A stretch of 64,000 nt of DNA, from the IMG/VR virus record IMGVR_UViG_3300042301_004035; one strand, given 5' to 3'. Origin of the DNA: a virus. Lineage: Duplodnaviria; Caudoviricetes. Both the position numbers and the translations under genes were made by a program. Below are positions 8,696-17,761 of the stretch, one piece after another. Every line of letters starts with the position of its first letter. The first letter of the stretch is position 1. The notes under the pieces are model-generated. The model did not search any database and was not told the DNA's origin. It was given only the letters and a program-made list of their open reading frames with translations.

Positions 8696-9076
8696 ATGCA
8701 AAATTACTGGCTTTCTGACGTTAACTATCAAAAATCGTTAGTTAAAAATATTAACGAGATGAAAAATGAGCCCATGCAGGGCACAGTAGCCCCAGCTGAG
8801 AGAGAATTCGCTGATTCTTTATTGGCAATCGTAAAAAAATATGGTAAGCTTTCAAATAACGACGGTAACGGCATTTGGGTTGGGTACGTTCCTGAAGCAG
8901 AAAATGAGAATTACGAGATCGGGGTACGTTGCGAGAATTGTATTCTTCATGAATCAGCATCTGTTTGTAAAATTGTTAAACAAAGAATTCAACCTGGAGG
9001 CTATTGCAGATTAGCGGCTATACCCGATGGAGTTGTTGGATCATCTCAAGATGACGAAGAAGAAGACGGTGAGTAA
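8696..9076 (+). CDS. HiPIP-like Fe-S protein
   Basis: C-terminal CENC..H.....CKIVKQRIQPGGYC matches HiPIP cysteine spacing. Confidence 0.55.
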   Translation: MQNYWLSDVNYQKSLVKNINEMKNEPMQGTVAPAEREFADSLLAIVKKYGKLSNNDGNGIWVGYVPEAENENYEIGVRCENCILHESASVCKIVKQRIQPGGYCRLAAIPDGVVGSSQDDEEEDGE

Positions 9077-9321
9077 TGAGAGTATGGATTGACCAAGACC
9101 TATGTACTGGAGATGGACTATGCGCAGAGATAGCACCAGATGTATTCCACATGATGCCAGATGGTCTTGCGTATGTAAAAGAAGGGGACAAGATTTATGC
9201 GGCCGCTGTGGGGAACCCAGAAGGCGCAGCTGGAATGGCATATTTCGCAGACGATAGGCTTGCAGATGTAATTGAAGCAGCCGAAGAATGCCCTGGTGAG
9301 TGCATTTTTATAGAACCATAA
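9076..9321 (+). CDS. fdx: ferredoxin (actinobacterial single-cluster type)
   Basis: IDQDLCTGDGLCAEIAPDVF...EAAEECPGECI. Confidence 0.9.
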   Translation: MRVWIDQDLCTGDGLCAEIAPDVFHMMPDGLAYVKEGDKIYAAAVGNPEGAAGMAYFADDRLADVIEAAEECPGECIFIEP

Positions 9322-9332
9322 AGGAATATAGT

Positions 9333-9479
9333 ATGAATCAAGAAAATTTTTATGACTCTGAAAAACCAGAAGAATATGTCTATGATCCTGAACTTATTGA
9401 CTATGATTTATTCTTTAAAGATTTGTGGAAAAAAGAAGACGACTTTTTAAAGTCTGTGGGCGTCGAGCCAACTAGCTAG
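9333..9479 (+). CDS. small acidic hypothetical protein
   Basis: Manual translation MNQENFYDSEK...VEPTS* (48 aa); AAGGA RBS. Confidence 0.5.
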   Translation: MNQENFYDSEKPEEYVYDPELIDYDLFFKDLWKKEDDFLKSVGVEPTS

Positions 9480-9536
9480 TAACTGGTGTATCTCGTATAG
9501 GCAATTACTATAATCCCAGCAAACAGGAGGGATTAT

Positions 9537-9794
9537 ATGGAACAAATTAAAAATATTATAATGCGCATTGTTGCGACTTTCGCAGCTTCGGGCTTAGGCG
9601 TAATTGGTGCTGGCACAATAGCCGGTGTGCCACTCTGGAAAGCCATTTTCATGGCAGGTATTGCTGGCGTAGCAACTGTAGTAGAAGGTTTATCTAGGGC
9701 GTTTCTTGATGACGGTAAATTATCTGTTGCAGAAATAAATGAAGTCTTTAATGGAGTAGACAAAAAAGTTAGAAAAGCAGCAGATGCCAAATGA
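9537..9794 (+). CDS. small membrane protein (holin-like)
   Basis: Two hydrophobic segments, charged C-terminus, AGGAGG RBS. Confidence 0.55.
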   Translation: MEQIKNIIMRIVATFAASGLGVIGAGTIAGVPLWKAIFMAGIAGVATVVEGLSRAFLDDGKLSVAEINEVFNGVDKKVRKAADAK

Positions 9795-10000
9795 AGAAAG
9801 TGCTTTTAGCATTTGGAATACTTATTTTATCTGCATGTGGCTACGATGGAAATTACAGATACTCTTGTCAGGACCCAGAAAAATGGGAAGCAGAAGAGTG
9901 CAATCCGCCATTATGCAGAGTAGATGGAAACTGCACAGAAACTTTACTTGGATTCAATCCAAACGAAACAACAACAACACAGGAGATAGTCGCCCCATGA
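9791..10000 (+). CDS. Cys-rich lipoprotein
   Basis: Signal peptide with lipobox LSAC; four further Cys. Confidence 0.7.
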   Translation: MKKVLLAFGILILSACGYDGNYRYSCQDPEKWEAEECNPPLCRVDGNCTETLLGFNPNETTTTQEIVAP

Positions 10001-10278
10001 AAAAACGTTTAACACCAGCAGAACTTGATGCTCGACTTAAGTTTGTGGTTGGTTGCGTTATGGCAACCGTTTTAACCCTTACAACTATTGGAGTCATTTA
10101 CGCTCTTGTATTTGTTACGCAGCCAATTGGAGCTCAAGCAGAAAATGACAAAATGTTTTTTAGTGTTTTGTCCAGCATTGCGACATTTATTACTGGAACA
10201 CTAGCTGGATTAATGATTTCTACTGGTGGCAATAAAGAAGATAAAAACGGTAACGGGATCCCAGACGACGAAGAGTAG
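9997..10278 (+). CDS. two-TM membrane protein
   Basis: Start MKKRLTP (ATGA overlap, AGGAG RBS); two hydrophobic helices. Confidence 0.65.
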   Translation: MKKRLTPAELDARLKFVVGCVMATVLTLTTIGVIYALVFVTQPIGAQAENDKMFFSVLSSIATFITGTLAGLMISTGGNKEDKNGNGIPDDEE

Positions 10279-10279
10279 T

Positions 10280-10918
10280 ATGAATATTTCATCAGAAATG
10301 AATGCGTGGAATACGTGTTCATTAGAAGATTTATGGATTTTTGATAAATTAATTGTTGCCAAAAAAGCTGGCCACTTATGCGGGCCACGTGGTATACCCG
10401 TACCAAAACCTGGTGAATATTTTGTAAAGCCAGTTATTAACATTGAAGGTATGGGGGAGAGAGCCCGAGTAGAATATCTTGAACAAGATACATGCCATCT
10501 GCACCCTGGAGAATTTTGGTGCGAAATATTTACCGGCGAACACATCAGTGTTGATTATAAAAAATACGAACCAATATTATCTGTCGTTGGGACTAAACAC
10601 AGTAAACATCCATACAAAAGATTTACTTACTGGGAAAAAACAGAACAAACACATCCTCTTCCACACTTTTTAGGTCTCGTTCCTCTTAGGTATGAAAAAA
10701 TTAATTGTGAGTTTATTGGTGGAAAATTAATTGAGATACACCTGCGTGGCAATAGCGATTTTTCACATAAGAATACATCAATGATTCCAGTATGGAAAGA
10801 TGAACACCCAGAAAACTTTGATGTTAACTTTCATTACACCCACCTGATCAGAGATGGATACCGCTTTATCAGCGATAACGGCGAAGAATTAGAACGCCTA
10901 GGAATTTGGGTTCGTTAG
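10280..10918 (+). CDS. conserved phage protein, ATP-grasp-like
   Basis: WIFDKL...CGPRG.PVPKPG.YFVKP..N..GMG...GEFWCE.F.G.H.SVDY...NCEFIGGKLIE.H.R.N. Confidence 0.55.
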   Translation: MNISSEMNAWNTCSLEDLWIFDKLIVAKKAGHLCGPRGIPVPKPGEYFVKPVINIEGMGERARVEYLEQDTCHLHPGEFWCEIFTGEHISVDYKKYEPILSVVGTKHSKHPYKRFTYWEKTEQTHPLPHFLGLVPLRYEKINCEFIGGKLIEIHLRGNSDFSHKNTSMIPVWKDEHPENFDVNFHYTHLIRDGYRFISDNGEELERLGIWVR

Positions 10919-11013
10919 TTTTAAATAAACAAACTTTTTTTAGCGCACTTAGCAATGCCATAATTATGGTTATATACTAGCATGTTTTTAAACTACATGT
11001 GGTATACTTTCAT

Positions 11014-11862
11014 GTGATATATTTTTGCCACATTCCAAGGACATCTGGAACCTCAATATCAAATTCTATCTACACTGCTTTTTGTAAAGAATTACGAATT
11101 CTTCGTAAACCCGATATTGAGCATTACGATCCTTTTTTTAATAAAAAATTAGATAAGGCAGATTATAATTTTTTTGTGAAAGAGTGTTATTCAAACATAG
11201 ATTTTTTTTATGGACATCATTTTTCCAGCCCGCATATTGAACCCTACAACGAAAGTCTAGAAACGTTTTCTATTGTTAGAGATCCACTAGAAAGATCAAT
11301 TAGTGAATTTTACTATATGAACAATAATACCAGTCATTTAGATTGGGTAAATATTAAAATTTATCAAATAAAAAATTTTTTATTACATCAAACTTGCAAT
11401 ACTCAATGCCTATACCTTTTAGGTGATTATGATTGGGGACGCATAGAAGAAGAGGAAAGTGGTATCGTTGAAGTTCTTTGGCGCAATATGCAGGGCGATG
11501 AATTTCGTTACAGTAATATAGGGGAAGATCAAATATCTTTTCAGGAAATTTTAAAAATAATTAAAAAAAGAAATATAAAACTTTCTACATTGGAAAATAG
11601 AACATATTTGTTAAATGAATTAGAGACTTCTTTAAATAAAATAAAAAAAACAAATATTGTTTTAGATAAACAGGTAGTAGCAAATAAGAGATTATATTCT
11701 GAACAGAGATCAGAATATAACGATCCAGAATCTTTTCTTTCGCAAGAACAAATAGAAATATATAAAAATATCAATAGTTTAGATTATAAATTATATAATT
11801 ATATCAAAGATCATGAAACGAAAACTGGGCGATGCCTGACTCCTGATGATATCATTATCTAA
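11014..11862 (+). CDS. sulfotransferase family protein
   Basis: 5'-PSB HIPRTSGTS and 3'-PB RDPLERSIS motifs; start probably the GTG at 11014. Confidence 0.8.
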   Translation: MIYFCHIPRTSGTSISNSIYTAFCKELRILRKPDIEHYDPFFNKKLDKADYNFFVKECYSNIDFFYGHHFSSPHIEPYNESLETFSIVRDPLERSISEFYYMNNNTSHLDWVNIKIYQIKNFLLHQTCNTQCLYLLGDYDWGRIEEEESGIVEVLWRNMQGDEFRYSNIGEDQISFQEILKIIKKRNIKLSTLENRTYLLNELETSLNKIKKTNIVLDKQVVANKRLYSEQRSEYNDPESFLSQEQIEIYKNINSLDYKLYNYIKDHETKTGRCLTPDDIII

Positions 11863-11898
11863 TATATTATCATTATTATTTTTTTAACAAGCAAAAAA

Positions 11899-12057
11899 TT
11901 AACCAACTAAATTATAAATATCCAATAACATATTTTCAATTTCTTGATGAGTGAACAGCTCTCTATTTTGCTTTGTTACCTCTGATAATAGTGACTCAAC
12001 CGATGCCTTAACACTAGCAAGTTTTGCGTCATCTTTGTTTAAAAGTAATCTACTCAT
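11899..12057 (-). CDS. small hypothetical protein
   Basis: Manual translation MSRLLLNKDD...IYNLVG* (52 aa), directly after the upstream gene. Confidence 0.5.
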   Translation of the reverse strand: MSRLLLNKDDAKLASVKASVESLLSEVTKQNRELFTHQEIENMLLDIYNLVG

Positions 12058-12059
12058 AT

Positions 12060-15000
12060 TTAGTCCTCATCATTTTGTAGCATTTGGTGCGTGTAATGCA
12101 CAGCCAAAGCAACACCAGTAGCTATCATAGCTATCTTTCTTGTGTCACCTGACAGTGTAATAAATACTACCACGCTACCTGCTAATGTAAACGATAGTCC
12201 AGCTGTTTCTTTAGCGAACTTCTTAATGAAGCCCCATAAGTTGAACTTTCTTTCCATTGTACCCTCCTCGTATTTAAATATACTATTTCTTGTGAATTTT
12301 TCGTTTTCGTCTTCTTCTGGGCCGGCAATTTCTCCGGCTGCTTCTTGACCCTCTTCTTCTCGCCTGCTGCGTCCTTCAGTATTAGTACTACCAGATCCTC
12401 CAGAGCCGCCTCCAGAACTACCTCCAGAGCCGCCCGTAGAGCCCCCAGAAGCTCCTCCTGTGGCTGCAGCTCCAACTACGCCAGCAACAGCTGTGGTGGC
12501 TGCTATAAGCGTTCTACGGCTTCCTACGTCAACCTGGGAACCTACAGCAACATAGTCGTCAAAGCCTTCTCCGTAGATATCGACTTCTTGCTCAAGAGCA
12601 TCTTTAATATCGTCTGGTGCATTAGTGAGGGCTTCTGCCAATTGGGCTTCTTGCTCTGGTGATACATTTGCCACATCTAGGGCAGCAAACACTTCTGTGG
12701 CTTGATCTGGGGTTATACTTTCTAGAACCTTAGGACTTGCAGACAGCTCAGCTGATTGACCTGCCTCGATACCACCCTCTTGACCCGTGATCAAGTCAAC
12801 AACTTGTGATACTTGGTCATTTGTAATTGTATCTGACTCCAACACATCTACGATGACACCGACTGATTCGGCATTCAGTTCATTACCCAAGACAGCGGTA
12901 AAGGTTTCAATCAAAACCTCGTTGCTCACTTCTTCGTCAAAGACCGAACCAAGAACAGCGTTCAATAATTCTGAGGTGAGTTCGTCATCTAATACATCAA
13001 CGATAAGTTCAATGGTTTCTGCATCCGAGAGGTCATCGTCAAACACACTGTCAAAGACTGCTTCTGTTTCTGACATGCTCAGGTTTGTTTCAAGCAAGTC
13101 CCCAAGAACCGTCATGGTGTCCGCAACCGAAATGTCCTCGTCAAATACGGCTGCCATAACTGTGTCTAAGTCGCTAGAACTAAGCGGACCATCAAAGATT
13201 GATACCAAAGCCGAAACCATATTCTCGGCAGAAGTATCTTCGGAGAATGCTGAATCCAAAACCGCCGTTAACTGTGCGCTGGTGATGTCTGCGTCTAGCA
13301 TCGTTGTTAGTGCTTCGGTGAATACATCTGCCGAAACATCTTCGGTGAACACGGCTTCTAGGACATTGTCAAACTGAGCGTTGGTAAGTTCTGCGCCAAG
13401 GAGTGTGTCAAGAACGGCACCAACCTCGTCAGCTTCAATATCAGTAGTGAACGTATTTTCAAGAATATTGTCCAATATGACTGTCGTGATTGGCTCGTTG
13501 TCTTCTATGTCTGTGACGGTATAATCATCTGGTGGAATTATTACTACTACCGGATCAGTATCTATAGGTTCGGTATACACGGGATCAGTGCCTATGGGCT
13601 CCGTATAAACTGGGTCTGTGTCTATAGGTTCTGTATATACCGGCTCAGTGTTTATTGGCTCAGTGTATACCGGGTTAGTGTCTACTGGGTCGGTATATAT
13701 TGGACCTGGAATAGTAGTTGTGGTGCTTGTAGTTGCAGGAGTCGGGTCAAGAACAGTTGCATCAACAGTTACTTCAGGACCGTACACACATGGACCTACG
13801 CCTGCATTAGAAAAGCAACTTTGATTTCCCGCTTTGATACCGAAACGAACTGGTCCGTATCCAGTCGTGACAGGATTACTTCCAGAGAACATCCCAGTGC
13901 TCAACGAGTAGTTGGTTCCTTGATTAGTCCAAACTCCCCAACCACCTGATGTTGCTCCACCAATTACGGTTAGGTCGTAAAAACTAACCGAGTAACCGTA
14001 GATAGCGGTATTGCTTGCCGCCGATGCATCCCAATCAAGGTCAACACTGCCATCTGCGTTTGCAACAGCAGTCAAGTTTGTAACTGGATTCAGGTAAGCA
14101 GCAGTGGGGGCAGGAATATCGTTTGGTACAAAAGAAACAGTTGGACTGTATGCTATTCCAGAAGCGTTGGTTACTTTTAGGCGATAGTAATAAGTAGTTG
14201 AGCCAGTCAAATCAGAAACAGTCGTAGAAACACTCGTATCTGATGTTCCAGTCAAGTTTCCAGCAACTGGCACATCAACTATAGTTCCAGAGAAGTCTGA
14301 TGTAGTGCTGTACTGGAATACTGCCGTAGCGCTAAAACCGTTTGGATTAACTGTTCCAGTCAGTGTCACAGGACCATCGTCCACGACAACTGTCGGTGCT
14401 TCTGAGGAAATGGTTGGCGCTGTTGCTGAAAGAGTGTCAAAGTCAAATACAGCAGACTCTGTTGTTCCAGTTTCATTGGTTGCAACAATCTTTGCATAGT
14501 AGGTTTCGCTTGGGTCAAGCCCAGTAATCTCTGCATCAATAGCTAATTCATTTGAACCAGTGAAAGTTCCCATTGATACCGAACTTGAAGTGCCAAAATC
14601 TGGATCAGTTGAATAGACCAGTGTCGCAGTAGTCGAGAACCCCTTGGGGTTTACTGTTGAAGCAACAGTCGCAGATGTCTGGCCAATACCGCTTACAACT
14701 GGAGCACCAAGAACTGGGGCATTATTTCCTTCTGCTGAAAGCACATAGCTAATACGGAATGATGTCGAAGCGCCAACGCCAAGTGTTGGAACATTCAGGG
14801 CAACGTATATCCCGGCGTCGGCATACATTTCTCCAACATTGCCAAGATATGTTCCGCTAGTCGCAAGTGTGTTTCCAGCGTTCCAAATATCAGCAGGGTC
14901 TGGTGAAGAAAATCCACCAGTTTGTCTGGCCACACGAGCACGAGCATCAAATGACTGAAGTGCAATGAATGCATTATTCCCCCATCTTGCTGTTGCCTGT

Positions 15001-15698
15001 GCTTCGGTTCCTTGTCCAGTTACACCGTTGCAAGACTGGAACATTGATGTACTCACGGTTCCACCAGCACAAGTCATAGAGCCAGAGCCAGTTGCGTTGT
15101 CCGGGTCAAAGCCACGACCAAAATACACATCACTAATTGCAGAGCCAGTCGTGTTGGTGAGGGTCACATCAGTGTGAAGCGCCTGGCCAGCTGTCGGAAC
15201 GCAGTACCTCTGCGAAACACTTACGCCGTTGTAGGGGTCGGTACTGTTCCAAGAAACACACTGCGAGGAGCCAGAGTCTTGAATGTCAGAAACTGCACCT
15301 GCGATAAGTGTTTGAAAGTGGTCGTTTTTACCAATGCTCCCAGCAACCTTCATTTGCCATCCTTCAAACGGTGAGCCTGGACAGAAGTAGTCTCCGTCGT
15401 CCGTTGTTTCACCCCAGCCGTCCATTTCACGGTCAACTCTGAATCCGAGGCAGTTTGTTGGGTTTGCATGGAAACCCGAAGGAACGCTCGTTGAGCCAAA
15501 GGCTCCGTTTGCTCGTACGCCAACTTCAGCAAACTCGCCCTGCAGGAATGCCTGGTCCCCAGAAATCTTCGTATTTGTTGTAAATGTTGCTTGGGCTGGA
15601 CTGGAAACTGGGACAAAAGATCCTATCAAAAATAATGGAACAAAAATCCATGCTGCTTTGCGCGTAAAAGCATATTTCAATCGATTAATCATACTCAT
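12060..15698 (-). CDS. large surface/exported protein with FN3-like domains, acidic repeats and C-terminal membrane anchor
   Basis: Signal peptide (SSPAQA), repeated ATxxATVNPxG FN3-like modules, D/E-rich helical repeats, Gly-Ser linker, two C-terminal TM segments. Confidence 0.75.
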   Translation of the reverse strand: MSMINRLKYAFTRKAAWIFVPLFLIGSFVPVSSPAQATFTTNTKISGDQAFLQGEFAEVGVRANGAFGSTSVPSGFHANPTNCLGFRVDREMDGWGETTDDGDYFCPGSPFEGWQMKVAGSIGKNDHFQTLIAGAVSDIQDSGSSQCVSWNSTDPYNGVSVSQRYCVPTAGQALHTDVTLTNTTGSAISDVYFGRGFDPDNATGSGSMTCAGGTVSTSMFQSCNGVTGQGTEAQATARWGNNAFIALQSFDARARVARQTGGFSSPDPADIWNAGNTLATSGTYLGNVGEMYADAGIYVALNVPTLGVGASTSFRISYVLSAEGNNAPVLGAPVVSGIGQTSATVASTVNPKGFSTTATLVYSTDPDFGTSSSVSMGTFTGSNELAIDAEITGLDPSETYYAKIVATNETGTTESAVFDFDTLSATAPTISSEAPTVVVDDGPVTLTGTVNPNGFSATAVFQYSTTSDFSGTIVDVPVAGNLTGTSDTSVSTTVSDLTGSTTYYYRLKVTNASGIAYSPTVSFVPNDIPAPTAAYLNPVTNLTAVANADGSVDLDWDASAASNTAIYGYSVSFYDLTVIGGATSGGWGVWTNQGTNYSLSTGMFSGSNPVTTGYGPVRFGIKAGNQSCFSNAGVGPCVYGPEVTVDATVLDPTPATTSTTTTIPGPIYTDPVDTNPVYTEPINTEPVYTEPIDTDPVYTEPIGTDPVYTEPIDTDPVVVIIPPDDYTVTDIEDNEPITTVILDNILENTFTTDIEADEVGAVLDTLLGAELTNAQFDNVLEAVFTEDVSADVFTEALTTMLDADITSAQLTAVLDSAFSEDTSAENMVSALVSIFDGPLSSSDLDTVMAAVFDEDISVADTMTVLGDLLETNLSMSETEAVFDSVFDDDLSDAETIELIVDVLDDELTSELLNAVLGSVFDEEVSNEVLIETFTAVLGNELNAESVGVIVDVLESDTITNDQVSQVVDLITGQEGGIEAGQSAELSASPKVLESITPDQATEVFAALDVANVSPEQEAQLAEALTNAPDDIKDALEQEVDIYGEGFDDYVAVGSQVDVGSRRTLIAATTAVAGVVGAAATGGASGGSTGGSGGSSGGGSGGSGSTNTEGRSRREEEGQEAAGEIAGPEEDENEKFTRNSIFKYEEGTMERKFNLWGFIKKFAKETAGLSFTLAGSVVVFITLSGDTRKIAMIATGVALAVHYTHQMLQNDED
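13551..13705 (-). repeat. 30-bp coding tandem repeat (DPVYTEPI[D/N/G]T x about 5)
   Basis: Period-30 pattern visible in DNA and protein. Confidence 0.9.
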
Positions 15699-15744
15699 TT
15701 GCCCTCCGCAAATAATAGTAATGACTGGATAATAAATATTTTGA

Positions 15745-17761
15745 TTAATCTATACCAAGAAGCCAAGAATTAAAAGAATTTTTCTTTCCTGTTTCCATAT
15801 AAGAAGTTAAATCACTAAGTTCTTTTAGCGCTCTAGTTTCAGCTTGTGCCTGTGATGGTTTGCTTCCGCTTTCTGAAAAAACACCATACTTTTTGAACCA
15901 ATTAACCAACACATTAAAAGCTATATTAACATCTGCCCCTTGTTTCCAAGTATTTTCTCCACTAATATTCCATGGGTTAAACAAAAATCCTACGCCCCTA
16001 ACATTCCAAGGTTTATCTATTTTTTTCATAATCGACACTTGAGGTATATACGGAAGTTGAATGTTTGTAAGTTGTTTTTCTAAATAATTAGAAGGCAAAC
16101 TAAATTTAGATTTCATCATCCATACTTGGTTAGCGGGTATCCTAGCCCAATCAGCTAAATATGATGCCGCATTTTTTCTATCTGCCACATCATAATTGCC
16201 GCTAAAAGCCGGCGTGTTGATATTAATCAATGATAGAGCCGAAGCTTGAGAAGCTTTTGAAGGACTAGATGCTTTGCCTTTAATGTCTTTTATAATATTT
16301 TCATCTTTTATAAAAGCTTCCCATGCATACTTTTTATTATTTTTTGTAAGGTCTGCTTCTCCAGTCACAGTGTACGGAACTGACCAAAGCATCGACGTAC
16401 CAAGCCACCCATTTTTTGGGTCAAAACTATTGGTGTCTTCTGGTTTACATCTTATTTGCAAAAAACCTAAATGCTCAGAACCATTTGCCACACCTATACC
16501 TATTTTATTTTCACCTAAGTTTCCTTCTCTAGAAGCTAAGGCCGTAAAGACAGCCGCCAAACCAAAAGAAAAGTTTCCGACTAATGGATGAATCATCATT
16601 TCAAAAAATTCATCGTAAGTTAAAAAATCACCTGGATCAGATGAACCATTATATGGTTTAGCTACTTTAAATATTTTAGGGGAAAGACCATCTAAATTTT
16701 TCAGGCTAGGAAGCACTGTGAATTTACCGCTAGTTACTGTTGCTTGTCTGCCAAAAGCACCACCTCCTGTTTGAAATGGTGTTGAACTTTTGCGTGCAGG
16801 AGCATCAAAATCTATATTAGAATTGATACTTTCATTGATAATATTTGGTTTTACCGAAAGATTAGTTAAGGCTGGCGTTGAACTTACTTTTTTTGTTGCG
16901 CTAACTATGTTTGGATTAACTTTATTTAAAACTTGTTTAATAGTTGAAGCTTTTTTGAGATCTTCCATTTTACTTATAACCAAGGGGGTAGCAAGAGCTA
17001 CTATGTAATATGTTATATGCCATTGATCATCAGGCAGGCTCTCTCTTGACCAACCATACTGTAACATGTTATTGGCCATCCAATCAATAGCTTTTTTGTT
17101 ACTAAAAATATCTTGATGCAAATCTACAGATATACCCCAGCCATGGTTTGACATCCCAGGGGTTGCACCAGGTGGGTCTCCAACTTTAGAATAATTCTGT
17201 TTTTTATACCACCATTTTCCACTATCATTAGGGTACAAAGAATTTGGCCACCAATACTTTATGTAATCATTACCAACAAAACTCCCACCATATGCAGAAG
17301 AATATCGGCTGACACCATCTTCAAGTACAGGGTTAGCCGCCACTGTCGGGAACTCATGGTTGTTAATAAATAGTTTTCCGTTACGCCTCCATTCAGGTTT
17401 ATCAGCAAAATACGCTGGGTATCTTCTATCGTATTTTCTAGACCATGCAGTTGGTGAATACTTTTGTTTAAAGTTTTTTACTGCGTTATTTAAATCTCTA
17501 AAAGCTGAAGTGACTCTTAGTTTATATTTTGTTGCGGCATACAGGTCGTCTGCCATTATTTTGAAAGATGTTGCAGCTGTTCCGAGACAGTTTAAAACTT
17601 TCTCCAAGACCAAAGCTTTGAAGGGTTGGGCTAAAGTGGGAAGCTACTCCATTTTCATTAGGTATGTATAGGCCAGAACTCTTATCGTAATGAGTCCATG
17701 TTTCAAATGGGTCTCTACTTAGTTGTCTTATAGGCCAATCATCTTTTGTTTTTAAACTCAT
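15745..17761 (-). CDS. virion-associated peptidoglycan hydrolase (M15/VanY peptidase plus possible lysozyme-like domain); +1 frameshift at 17582-17584
   Basis: 79 aa and 622 aa ORFs join at TCT-CGGA-ACA to give about 671 aa; TSAFRD, TPGMSNHGWGISVDL, DQWHITY; REG...GFLQI. Confidence 0.75.

Noticed and set aside
13551-13705. CRISPR-like array
   Set aside because: The 30-bp units have no unique spacers and encode an in-frame peptide repeat. No cas operon is present; the Cas4-like nuclease is a stand-alone PD-(D/E)XK protein.
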